In this document: positions 33,273 through 46,070 of the stretch, in pieces | Layout of the letters: each line of letters starts with the position of its first letter | Position numbering within the stretch: position 1 is the stretch's first letter | Assembly: GCA_973895155.1 (NCBI GenBank) | Contig: OZ316898.1 | Location: forward strand, 13,233,659 to 13,297,658 | DNA from: Marsupella aquatica | Lineage: Eukaryota; Plantae; Marchantiophyta | Reading direction: 5' to 3' | DNA: 64,000 bases | The notes under the pieces: model-generated | Seen by the model: only the letters and a program-made list of their open reading frames with translations | Database searches by the model: none | Told to the model about the DNA's origin: nothing | Made by a program: the position numbers and the translations under genes

Positions 33273-36200
33273 AATGTGCGACCTAGCCAAGATATGTTGC
33301 CAAGGAGGTTGAGAGCTACATATGAAGAAATGGGCATGCCACAAGACGGAGTCACATCATCAACAGATTCTTCATCCAATGACAGTGACAATGAGGGTTT
33401 GGACGAAGGGGCACCTAGGACAGATTTTGAGGTCATGCAGGACCAGGAGACAGCCATGGATGACTTCATGACAGATTGGTTTGGTGTGGACGCCCGTGTG
33501 GACGTTGATGGTGAAGGACGTGGACCACCCAATGAAGGAGCTCCTCCACCAAATGTTGCACATGACCCCCGACCTCAACATACACCAGAAGGTCAACAAC
33601 AATGGGAAGAAGCGGAGGCACATGCTAGAACACCTTTTTATGGGGGTGCTCGTTTGAATAGACTCTCTGCCATCTTGGCATTGATGAATCTTCAGGCAAA
33701 ACACAAGGCAAGCAATGCCCTTCTATCGGATTTGTTTGCAATTTGCCATGACCTCATGTTACCTAGTGACAATGTATTGCCAGGAACTTGGAAGGAGGCA
33801 AAGAGAGTTCTATCATCCATTGGTATGGAATATCATATCATTCATGCTTGTGTGAATGACTGCATCCTATATCATGAGACCAATGCCAACATAACTGAGT
33901 GTCCAATTTGTCATGAGCCTCGATATGACAACAACATGTTGACGGAAAAGGTGCCCAGGAAAGCTGTCCGTTGGTTTCCCATTATTCCTCGATTGTTGCA
34001 TATGTATCGATATTCTGACTTGGCAGAATTGATGGTATGGCATAAGACACATTGATCATAGGCCGGTGTCATGCGGTTGCCAGTTGACTCCCCTGCTCAC
34101 AAGCATGTGGAGGCACAATGGCCAGAGTTTGCACATGACCCTCGTCATGTGAGGTTGGGGTTGGCATCGGATGGGGTCAGCCCACACTCCCTTGGTGGGA
34201 AAGGACGCCCAACATCAGTTTGGCCGGTGGTTGTTATGAATTACAATCTTCCACCATGGTTGTCCATGAAAAAGGGCTATCATTGATTATCATTGATTAT
34301 CCCAGGTCCATCTAAGGTAAAAAACATGGACACCTATTTGGCACTATTGGTTGGGGAACTCCAAAAATTATGGGACGGTGTGTGGGCCTATGATGGTCGA
34401 AAAACTACAAGGGGATTACCATGTGTCTTCAAATTGAAGGGAATCAATATGTGGACCATGCATGACTATCCTGGTAAGGGGTATGGATTGGTGTTTTTTT
34501 TATGTAATAGAGAGTTTGTTTTAAAAGAAGTCCCTCATATTTATGTATGTACATGAACTTTTTAAATCCTTTGACTCTAATTGAGAAAGTTATTTTGGTT
34601 TGGGTTTGTTGCAGGGTTTGGGTTTGTTTCAGGGTTACAAACTCAAGGGTATAAGGCATGCTCCACTTGTGGTCCAAGCCTTGAAGATATGGCCAAGTAC
34701 TCAAGATGGCTTCGCAAGATAATCTACCTTGGGCATACCAAGTTTCTTCCACTTGGACATGAGATGAGGTCTGACCCCCTTCTATTTTCAGACTTTGACA
34801 TGATCAATGGTGATGAGCGTGACATACCTGAGCGTACATCCTTTGCACATTGGAAATCCATAGCTGATAGGGTGGCAGACCCTAACGACCCCATGACATT
34901 TGATGGAAGTGGGTTGACGAGGTGGAGTATACTAGCCACATTGCCGTATTGGCCAGAATTGAAGATTCATCATTTGTTAGACCCCATGCATATAGAGAAC
35001 AAGGAGTTTTTATGGAGAAAAGGACCATAATTTTATGGAGAAAAGGACCATAATTTTAGGGAGGCATGTCAGGATCTAGAACGACATCCAGATGTATGGA
35101 TAACAGTTGATGCATCAACAGGGATGGAACACCGTCCTTTAGCTCCTTGGGTTTTGAGTGTTGGTGAAAGAAGAGAGTTTCGACAACGCATAGGTCAGAT
35201 GCGGTTTCCTACAGGCTATGGTGCCAATCTCCGGAAAGCTTTTGGGATGGAGGACAGTCATAAGTGGCCAATGTATTTGAAGACACATGACTATCACCGT
35301 TTACTACAACATATACTTCCTGTGGCAATCATAGGCTTGGGCAGTGAAGAAATGCAAGACGCCCTATGGTCATTGGGCACTTTGTTGAGATGGATATGCT
35401 CAAAGGAAATATATGAAGAAGAGATCCCACGGATGGAGGTATTGGCAGCAGAGGTAGTGTGCAAGTTACAGAAGGCCCTCCCTCCTTCCTTCTTTGATTG
35501 TCAAGTACATTTACTTGTTCATCTTGTGAGGGAGGTTGCCATTGCTGGTCCAGTGCGTTGTCGTTGGATGTATTGGTTGGAAAGGTATATGGCTGTGTTA
35601 AAGGCTTATGTACGGAATCGTGCACGAGTGGAGGGGAGCATGGCAACAGGATACTTGGCAGCTGAGAGTATGTTCTATTGCAGCAACATCTTAGCTACCA
35701 TTGATCCTAGTTGTCCACGCAGTTGGATGGAAGAGAGAGAAATGGAGGAGGATCGTTTAACAGGAGCCAAAAAAACACGCTTACTGACCGGAGTGGAGTT
35801 GACACAGATGACTACTTTCATGTTGAGTAATAGTACTGTGATGGAAGAATGGAAGAGTTTTATGAGGATGCAAAGAGGGAGAGTCGTCGTCCAAGGATTT
35901 TTCCAAAGTTCCTTGAGTATATGAGGGAGAAAGTACTTCAGTTGGATGCTATGGTGGCCCAAGGTGAGAGTGTATCACATTTTCCAGATATGACTCCTGA
36001 GGTTCGAACAATTGTTCATGGCCCTTTGAGACGTTTGTTCAGACCAGAACAGCAATGTGGACACAAGGGAGACATTTCAGGATTTCTGACCTTGATGAGA
36101 AGAGGGGTAGAACTTTTGACTGTGGAGTTCAAGGGCAGTTCATGTAGGATTCACAAAGTAGCCGCCATGACACCAATGTCATCCGAGATGTGGTGCCTCA

Positions 36201-36567
36201 TTATGGGAAGATAGAGGAGATCTTGATTGTATCCTATGATGCGGATACAAAATTTGAAGAGTATGTCTTCAAGTGTAAGTGGTTCAAAATTCACTTGGTT
36301 GGTGAGAATCGCACAGTACTTCTTGATGATTGTGGGTTTACTCGACTGAAGACATCAGCAACTAGCTTTCAACCATCTCATTGGCAAACATCTGAACCGT
36401 TTACATTCCCAAGTCACCTTGAGCAGTGTTTCTATATTCCGTACCCACCAGACCCAGAGGAGTGGTCAGTTGTTATACCGTATGTGCCACGATCTCGTTC
36501 CATTATCTCAGAAAAACCTGAAGTTATTATTGTGTCAAACGGAGGAGAGGATGAGGACCAAGTTTGA
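33273..36567 (+). pseudogene. CACTA TnpD transposase (Transposase_21/DUF4218/DUF4216-type), disrupted
   Basis: IHACVNDCILY...ECPICHEPRY, WFPIIPRL, LGLASDGVSP, WPVVVMNYNLPPW, WTMHDYPG, HLLDPMHIE, LKTHDYH, PPSFFDCQVHLLVHL, WMYWLERYM, VEGSMA, FKCKWF, EPFTFPS. Stops at 34053 and 34284 and frameshifts near 35000-35060, 35860 and 36030. Confidence 0.95.
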
Positions 36568-37554
36568 TGCATCACTAGTAGTAAAACTTGTTGTGAGCGT
36601 ATAATTGTGATTATATTAACTATCATGGTTTTATTTATATTTACCTATTTATTTTCTTCTTTTGTCTTACAAACACTTGGACTTTGAAATTTCATTTTAC
36701 TGCTATACACACAACCCTAGCCACTAGAAAAGTTCTCCTCATGCATGCCACCTTTTTTAAATCCCTAGCTTATAACCTAAACACATGCATTCTCCATCTT
36801 CTAAAGTTTTCTCTCAAAAATTTCCATTCTGAAAACTTTGCAAACAACTCTCTTTGTGAAACATTTTTTGAACCAAACAGGAAGGAATTTCTGAACCTCT
36901 TGTGAATCCAATTCCATCGGTACTTGTGATACAAATACGTTCTCAAACTTGCGACCAAATTGGCTTCGGTACTTTGCAACCCACCGTTCTTCACAACAAT
37001 TTCCGAACATAATAGGTTCACAAACCATTTATGATAGTATTAGTCTCGCTAAATTATGAACCAAAATGTATCTGAATACGGTCGCGATGGTCGCGGACTC
37101 ACAAAGTCGTTGCGAGACAACTAGTATCTAAACGTGTTGCGAAGTCAATAACATCAAAACTTAATTGCGATGTATGTAGCTTCGCAACGTGAATGTGCGA
37201 TGGTAAGAGCATGGGATATTGTGATGCGTGTTGCATCACAAAATATCTGAAGGTTCTAACATCGCAAGGCCTTTTCGACTTCAAAAAACACCTTTGCAAA
37301 AGGGGCCGATATGTAGTAGTGTATAATACTGGATGCCCCATTTTTTTTCCCTTGGTCCGTTTACAAAATGTGGTGAGGGCAGTAATTATCCATGATGGCC
37401 GCCAAATCTTTTCCCATTTTTTCTCACTGTTAGATGCCAAAACTAGTGCCTTCCTGAACCCTCTGCATGCCCTGCATGCCTTCAGCAGCCATGCTCATGC
37501 ATCCGCCTCCTTCCCTCCCCCCCCCTCGGGGGGTTAACTTAGTGTATATTTTGG

Positions 37555-37784
37555 GGTACCACGTGCGATCCTAGCCTAATATAAACACACCTATTTTATA
37601 ATGGGAATATTCTAAAAATATTCTATATTCTCAATACTAATGACCTATTTTATTTTATAAAAGGTATATATTAGAGAATAATCTACAAATATAATTTTAT
37701 AATACCTTCTTTTGTTTCCTACGCTTTTTAAAAATTTAGCTAATTTATATAAAAAAATACCTATTTTGGATCGCACGTGGTTCC
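37555..37784. mobile_element. Small AT-rich MITE
   Basis: 17-bp TIR ggtaccacgtgcgatcc / ggatcgcacgtggttcc (16/17 match). TSD not clear. Confidence 0.6.
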
Positions 37785-37939
37785 TAAGATTGTTGATAGT
37801 CAACCCCCCGAGCCCCCCCCCCCCCCCGCCCCCCCCCCACTCTCTCACCCTCATGCTGCCATCAGCCTGTTGTGCTGCTGACCCATACCATTCCCTGGCC
37901 TACCATGCCCTGGCCTGACATAATCCCTGAGTGACATCT

Positions 37940-38610
37940 TTCCTAGTGTTATGTCAGAATTAGTGTTATGCCAGAATTAGGGTTAGTCACACTAATTCAT
38001 GTGAACTTGATCCGGAAGCAAAAGTAACACTAATTGGTGTTGGTTTTCAAAATCTTTTGTTTGAGGTTTTGTTTAAATGTTTTGTTCAACATATTACTGT
38101 AGAGCATCTGAAGGTGAAAGCTCTATAGTCATGGAGGGCTAGAGTATTACTAAGGGTTTGAGGGCTCCGCAACATTTACTCCCGTGTGCAATCATTTTTG
38201 GAGGTTTTATTTCACATCCAACAGTAGAGCATTTGGTTGTGCGGAGAGCTCTATAGTAGTGGAGCAAGAGCATCTATTAGGGATCTTTTTCTGTCAAGTC
38301 ACATTGAACTACAGCTCACATTGTGCTCATCAAACAATGTTAGCCTGAATGAGAATGACAACTGAATACCCTAACAACGAGCATGTGATGAGAGGCCTGG
38401 TTGCCAAAAACACTTGAAGTCCCGCCATTCTGGCGCTGTGCGATACAAGTCAAAAAGTCACGTGAATTAGTGTTACGTAGCACTATTTAGCTCGCGCAAA
38501 ATTAGTGTTTCCTCGGAATTAGTGTGACTAACACTAATTCGCAAGTATACCCCAAAAATGGGCACTCTCGAATTAGTGTTACTCACACTAATTACGATGA
38601 ACAGTGTAGG
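37940..38610. repeat. Probable non-autonomous DNA transposon relic with AATTAGTGT subterminal repeats
   Basis: Clusters of aattagtgt/acactaatt at 37945-38040 and 38460-38600. Only one possible terminus seen (gatgaacagtgta). Confidence 0.45.
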
Positions 38611-41600
38611 TTCGAAAGCCCTGGCTTTGCATGCATGCCCCTCCCCACCTCACACTTTAATTTGCCCTGCTCCACACTGTTGCCATCAGCTGCCATGCTC
38701 TTTCCATTCCATTGCCATTCTTGCCAAAAAATGAAATTTTCCCTGGCTTCGCATGACCCCATGACAGATACTCACACCAAAATGGACCCGGCTTGCTTTT
38801 TGGGCCCTTCTCAGTTGTTGCAACCAAGGGAATGGATGATGGCCTCATCCCATGGGTGACGGTCATGACAATGGGTGACCCTCACATGGAAAACATATGT
38901 GGTTGGCATGCAAATATTTGGGGTCTCTCACAATTTTTTGATGCAACCACCATGGCACTTGGATGGCCACAGGGATGGGTGCCCCTCACACAAACCAGGA
39001 CACAAACATGGATAGTGGTCAAAACTGCGGATTTTTTGGGGGCCCTCTCAATTTTTTCATGCGCAGGCCATGGCACTACATTGGACGCCCACATGATTGG
39101 AAAGAATAAATTTGTAGGTGACTTGGTATTTTACATCAAATGAATGCTTATTCCTTTACAAAGTGTTTGGGCCCACTTCTATTTGCAGATGCCATTGTTC
39201 TAGTAGACGACTCTATAGCTTCTAAACTATTGTGAATCCCTTTCAAAAAACATGGTAAGCAAACATGGTGGGCCTCTCATGTTTCTCTCATAATGACTCT
39301 GGCGTCACTTAAGTTAATCAAAACCATAAATCTGGGAAACAGAACTGAGCTCTAGTTAAGAGGGGAGGGGTGAATCACACTTGAGAATAGAAAGCTTAAA
39401 TAAATAAATTGGGTCTAGCTATCTATAGTGTTCAAAATATTCATTTTAATATAACGTGAATAGCAGGATCTAAAATAACATATGAATCTAACACAGGATG
39501 GGCAAGATTGAGAAATAAATATAGAACTAAAGAGGGGCTCTCAAACAAGAGAATAGAAAACATTAAAGGGGGCTTAAAATAATTCCAAAGTCCAAAGATA
39601 CAAAGGATACAACTTGTCTAAGATAAATCAAAACAGAAATACATCTAAAAATCTCAATAAGACAAAATAATATAGCCTATATAACTCTTACCTTGTTTGG
39701 GAACCTACTCAGGCTATTAAGTAAAAAGTGGCAACCCTAGTAACCAACTCTGCATTTGGTACTAGGCAAACAAAGTATTGGAAGTTCATTGCCTATGAAG
39801 CCAAGGTTGCATGGAGAATGGATCACTTGCCATGTTCCAAACTCCATTGGTAATGTACAGCCCCCTGTTTCAGATTGAGTTCCAGTAAAGGGTCATTGGA
39901 GATTCTGTCCAATTAGCTTCAAGAACTTGCAGCAAGTGATCGATCTTTTTATTGCTATCGAACACAGTGCAAAAAATTTCATGAGAGGCATTGTAAGCTA
40001 GGCTGGCTGTGCCATTGATTGTCTTGTTTCGATCAAAATCCGTATTGCGTTGCATTCGCAATTTACGTTGGCTTCACTTCCTAATCATACTTCTCTCTTT
40101 TCAACGCTTGAGCTATGCCCTTGAGTTCTCCATTTGGTGAATAGTTGCATCAAGGTCACAAGGCTATTAACCTCTAATTCAAAACTCGGCAAAGTCAGAC
40201 TTTACTGAAATCTCCAAAATTTCCAATTATCTGAAAGTCCATTGACAAATCTGGCCAAAAATCTTTTACAGACACAATTCAGCTACTAGAAAACTTAATT
40301 AGGGTTCATTATTGAGACAAGCAGACTTCTCAATTATGGATCTTGAGAAAGTAAACATCTCAACTCAAATTGAGTTCCCATGGCACTTTAGTGGTTGAAT
40401 ATAGTGTCATCCAATTCCCAACTCAAATAATGTAAAAAAAAAACAGTGCCTTGGGTTTATTAATGTTCTAAAGTTAGTTCAAATATCTCATAGATCTTAA
40501 GTGTTTTAATGCCTACTAGCAGAGCATTATGGACCATATTAGCCTCTCAAAACTCAAATTAAAAGCCCTCATTTTCCTGGTCATTATGAGGAAAGATGAT
40601 TACAGAATCACCTTCGGATGATCTTGTTATGTAATTTCTCCTATAGTTTCACTAAAAATTGTAAAACCATCTCATCAGAATAATGTGTGAACATTTTGCA
40701 CCCTTGTTTGCACCATAATAGCCTCTCACAGCTTGAGCTAAAGCTAATCTAAAATATGTTATTTTTACTAAAAAAAAAGCCTAAAAAATGTAGCCAGGGG
40801 GTACACAAACTGATTTGACCCCTTTAAAGTTGTTATGTTCTAAAAATTTGATTAAAAGGACCCTAACGGACTTATAAGTCTCAAAATTGGATTTAAAGAC
40901 CCTATTGTTCTTCTGACAAAACTCTTAAGTTTTCCCTTAGAACAAATAAAACAATCCTATCATTCATCGCCTGTGATGTGCCAAAAAACATTGTGGAAGT
41001 GAAACCCCCATAAGTGAATAACATAATTAGAATAACCCATTGGGTTGAGTTTTTTGTTCAACGTTTGTGGGTTTCCTCAACATAACTTTACAGTAGCTAG
41101 ACCAACCCAGTAACCCTTGGAGATGCTCTAAGGACATGAAGTAGATATACGTCTCTTCTTTAACAGTTTTAGGGTGTTTGGAAAAAGCTGGCTCCTTCAT
41201 GTTTGAATACATTAGCCACATTGGAGGTTTATCCTTCATTTGTAGTTTGAATACATTAGCCACATTGTATTTGACCAAGTTGGGAGGCCTTGCTACTTTG
41301 CTTGAGTGCTCCAATTCGACCATAAGACCATTCATCTTTAGTTTGAAGACAATAGTCACAATGTATTTAACCAAGCAGGGAGGCCGTTGCACTTTGGCAC
41401 TTGGGTGCTCTATTGTGACCAAAGGCTATGGCCTTTGGTATTCATGAACTACACATTTACCTTTTAATGTTACTATACTTGACTAACCACAATTGAACTG
41501 TGTGGTAATCACTTTCACAAGAACATCACAGTATGGAATGGGCCCAGCTAGAGGTCCATTTGGAGAGAATCTAAAACTTTGGGTCCATCGGGATAATCAA

Positions 41601-41739
41601 GACATATTTTAGTCCATTAAGAGAAAGAGTTTGGTTTGGAAATCCACTAAGTATGTCTCTTAGAGACATATATCTTTTAGAGTTCACAACTGCACTTTTA
41701 AGAGTTCGAACTCTCATTACAAAGTATAAAGGTTCAGTT

Positions 41740-44700
41740 TTTTGGGTTTTTTTGCCTCAAAAAACCAATTGAATTTCATTCAAAAAGCTAGCATACAACA
41801 GGGGTGGCCCACAAATGGGCGTTGGCACCCAGAATTAGGACCAAAGGTCATGGAGCCAAAAAATCCGGGGAGGCCGGAAAACAAGAGGGAAGGAGACCCC
41901 AAAGAAAGGATGCTAAGCCAGAAATTTAACTCCAAAAGACTGGCCACTCAAAAGGAACTGGTAGGCTACCTAACAATGGGTCCACAATAATAACCACTAC
42001 TATCAGTCTAGCCTGTAGTGTCACTTCAACTCCTCAAAGGTTAGGATGCTCATGGGGACCCCCACGGGAAGGGGAGGGGATGGCAGGGCAGGTGGAACTA
42101 ACTTGCAGAATTCCCTCATGCACTTCTCACAGTCTAGCCCATGTACTGTAGTCAAATGACATGTTACTAAGAGCCTCCTTAGAAGTGGATTTACCAGCCC
42201 TTATCCTCGACCGATGTCGGGCCCAATGAATCCTTTCGAAGGTACATTCCAAGCATAGGCCAAGACTTGTGAATGACTACTGGTGCTAACGATCTGGTGA
42301 GCTCCAAGAAGTGCAAGCTGTGATCTTTCCATAGATTCCAGCAACAATTTCTCTAGCTAAGGGTGTGCCATAATTTCACCTCAAGTAGAGGAGCCCCAAC
42401 AAAAATGTGAGCTGGCTGAAGATGAATAGAGTTGCTCCTAGTGACAGCTGTGTTCCACAATATGAAGTGCACCCACAGCCAGACTGATACCAAGACCGGG
42501 CAGCTCCATATGGAGTGTAGCAGGTCTTCTTGTTGGTGGTGGTACGTCACATCAGGTGCACCGGGTAAGGGGGCTGGTTGATGGCAAGGTTGGGAGTCTC
42601 CAATGCTGAGTAGCTGGAATCCTGTAAACAAGCTGCCATATATATCTAGGTGGTAGTCCAGAGCATCTTCAAATTGGGTTGCCAGTTCAAGCAGGTTGCC
42701 CACTTCCTACCAGCCCATACTATCAACATATACCAAACTCGGGGGTCTCACCATATGATGCCTCCCCCATCACCTGCGACGTTTTTAGACCTCGGACCCT
42801 TAAAATGTAAGAAAAATAATAATTTTCAACCCCCATAAAGTTAAAATATTTCAAAAATTTGGTTAGAAAGACCCTAATGTTAAGTCTCAAAATTGTTTTT
42901 AAAAGATCCTATTTGTTCTTTAGAGAAAATGATTAAGTTTTCCTTTTGAACCAATAAAATGACCATATTCTTCATCATCGCACATGATATGTCATTTTTG
43001 TGAAAATGAAACTCCCAAGATACCAAAGTGTTCTTTGTGAAAATGAAACTCCAAAGATACCAAAGTGTGATCCTGATAAGGTGGTTGACCATAGTGACCC
43101 AAGAAATAAGTGATCCAGGACTCTTGCATACCTTTTCCAGACCCAAATGAAGGTTGCAATCTTCTTTTGGAAAGCATCGAATGTGCATTGTTGCCCTGCC
43201 CATAGTGTCACCATATACCAAAGTGTGCTCCTAACAAGGTGGTTGACTATAGTGACCTGAGCAATAAGTGATCCACGACTCATGCATATCTTATCCAGAC
43301 GTGACTCCAATTTTTCAGTCATCTGACACCAATTTTTCAGTCATCTGACATCTCAGACAAGATCATCTGTTGTTAGGAGATGCCGCACACAAAAAGGGAT
43401 CCCAAGGAGTTTGGTGGAACTTGTGGCATCTTCCCATTTCGAAGGAATACGTTGAAATTAGATGGGGACTCGTAGAGGGGAGATGAAGACTGCCTTTATT
43501 TTCTCCGAAATGCAAAAAAAAAACTGATGCCATGCCAAACAGGATTTGCTTGCAAGCCTCGATCATATCCATTGCACAAATTATCATGGCAAGATCATCA
43601 GCAAATAAATTGTGAGTGCAATGCACATTCTCCAAATGAAAATGTACTCCCTGGATTGTGCCCCGATCTGCCTCCCACTGAATCATTCTACTAAGGGCGT
43701 CCATTGCTATCAAGAAGAGCAGCGTCTACAGGGGACATCCCTGTCTGACAGATCGATCCCTGACCCAGGCAGTGCATGATAATCTTATTAGCTGGCAAAC
43801 CTCTTTCAATGCAACGAGCGTCTTCCCGTTCCCACATCATGGCAATAGGATGTTGCTAAGCCCTCTGGCTTTGATGACTAGTGTTCATCCGATGCTGTGA
43901 AGGGTCAGCCTGCACAAATCAAAGTGGTAGTGGACAGGGTGGCCACTACAGGGGCATGGTCTGAAGCAATGCCGGGTAGAATAGTTGCGGTGATTTTGAA
44001 TTTGCTATTGTGATCCCCGGCAGAAGCATAGATTTGGTCCAGCCTGCGTAGGACCTGATCTCCCAAAAATGTGCCAGATTGAATCCAGGGGCATGCCGAA
44101 ACATTTGTTTGTTGTCCCAGATGAACCTCAAGTGACCCGGCTGCTGTTGAAAGGACTCTTCCAGATGAAGCCGTCGCTTGAGGTGTCACCAAGCCCGCAT
44201 TTCACATCCACAAATAATAGAGCCCACCCCTCCCCTCTGATCCTCTTCCGCTTCAAAGATGTTGAAGTCGCCCATAAAAATCCACCGAAAGGACGGGTAG
44301 ATGATGTTCAACAATGCACACCAAAGATCAGGTCTCGCCCTTGCTGAGTTAGGTGCATGGATTCCGAGAAAACCCACCCGCCCAAGCTTACCACGCACCA
44401 AGCAGCCCCATGTTGCCCGCCCACCGGGGAGGACCCCTTCCAAAACCACGAAGGGAAGTAATTTACAATTCATAGCAATGGGCATGCCTCCGTCCCAGCA
44501 GTGACGCAACGATTTCTGATTGAATGTACATCAGCGGCAGGAGCAAACACCCAATGTGCAGAACGCCAAATTTCCTGTTGAAGTTTCAGCACTCTGCCCA
44601 CCCTGAGCTTGTGCTCCTGAAGGCATAAAATGTCAAGGTTGTGGTGTAGTCCCTCCAGGATGAATCGCACACGAAGCCAGGACCCCCCTAGATTGTAGGA

Positions 44701-46070
44701 GACGATGGTGAAAGTGGACATTGCGATCGGGTAGTGCTTGACTCCTGTGCAACGTCGACGCAGGAGCCACAGAACCTAGGGCGCTTGGTATGAGGGGTTG
44801 AATCCTCAACAATTGTAGCACGCGCCGGGTCAGAGTCGGTATCAGAGGAATCCTTGATGCGTGGTCGTTTACGGATGGTGACGTTTTCACTAGATAGTGG
44901 GGGTTGTGGAGATGCCTCGGCAGCCAGATGTGTCTCCTTATCCTTGGAAGATGTTGTCACATCAACCACCACAGCTTGCGTTAAGCCAATTAAGGGCCCA
45001 GCTAGCCTCTCCTCCTTCCTGAGGGATGATAGGCCACACTCGCTTAGGTGAGCGCCGGGAGTTCAAGGCGGATCCCTTGGGAGGGATGCAGGCGAACGGT
45101 ACCGACGAAGTATTTTCTGTGGCTAAATTGTGGTTCGATCCTTCTCCCACCCCCGCTCCCGATGTTGAAGGAATCTGCTTACTCAAATGTGGTACTGTGC
45201 CCGGTCCAGGGAGAGTGGTCGGCTGCAAATTGGTTTAACTATTAGAGGGGGTTCTGGATGCCTTCCGTTTCCCCCTCCTTAACTTGCTTGAGGCTTGGGG
45301 TCCGCTGGAGTGATGCTCAGTAGCCAAGGGCGGGTGAGATGCCCTTTCCGCTTCGAAGGCTGCAGCTCGTAAGGCCAGGTGCTGAAATTCCGCATCTTCC
45401 CCATGCTGCTGTTCCTCCGCACGGTCTTGCCAGAATTTAGCTTCCTCCCTCGCCTTGTGGGCCTCCCTGCTGGTATTGTTGAAATACGTTGTGGTCCAAC
45501 CTGACCCTTTTTTGAGTCGTCGGTGTTGATATACTCTGGTTGCGGGCCTCTCCTTTGTGAGCGTTGAATTTAATGACTCGGTTGGCAAAGTACTGGGGAC
45601 ATGGATGTGGACACTCCGCCGCCAAGTGTTTGTAAGAGAAGCACAAGCAACAGCGTAGATTTCTGCCAACTCTGTATCTTGGCGTCGGTTCGATGTTATA
45701 GATCATTGATGATGAAGGTCGGGATGTCCTTCGAGAATGCAAACCTGCCATATCCATATCGCTGGGGAAGGAAAGTTGAAAGGCAATCCGAATTGTATGC
45801 CGTTTCAGGAGTTAACACGACGCAGAATGTGTGGTAATTTCACTGTGGATTCTGGTACGTCTTCAACGTGATGGCAAGAACTGATGCAAAAACAGAGGGG
45901 GACGAGAATCCCAGAGGATCCGTGGTGTATGCCGAGCCGCCCGAAAACAAACAGCTTCGTAAGGAGCAGAAATTTCAAAAGACGCAGCCCGAAGTGGCAG
46001 AGACGCAAAACCACAACAATGTGGTCACGGATGTCATTTTCTTAGTAAAAGCGCTAGATTTGTCATATGA
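41740..46070 (-). mobile_element. Degenerate L1-clade LINE (ORF1 + APE endonuclease + RT)
   Basis: ORF1 knuckle CCLCFSYKHLAAEC. APE motifs IVSYNL, LCLQEHK, IHAPNS, MGDFN, RLDQIY and SDHAPV. RT motifs SVRQGCPL and NLFADDL. Many deletions, stops and frameshifts. Confidence 0.88.
42738..43019. mobile_element. MITE with 8-bp TSD (hAT-like), inserted in the LINE
   Basis: ctcgggggtctcac...gaaactcccaag, with TSD ATACCAAA at 42730-42737 and 43020-43027. Same family as 61158-61454; a partial copy lies at about 40820-41010. Confidence 0.85.

Larger units (their letters stand above)
17821..37321. mobile_element. CACTA (En/Spm) transposon, 19.5 kb including a nested insertion
   Basis: Left end CACTACTACActattggccccttttgc, right end gcaaaaggggccgatatGTAGTAGTG. 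3-bp TSD TAT at 17818-17820 and 37322-37324. Subterminal TTGCGA/TCGCAA arrays and an internal TnpD relic. Confidence 0.96.

Noticed and set aside
41027-41422. 131-aa ORF with an internal RPPxLVKYxVxxVFKL duplication
   Set aside because: I cannot assign a family or gene structure. It is probably a decayed fragment and needs BLASTx.
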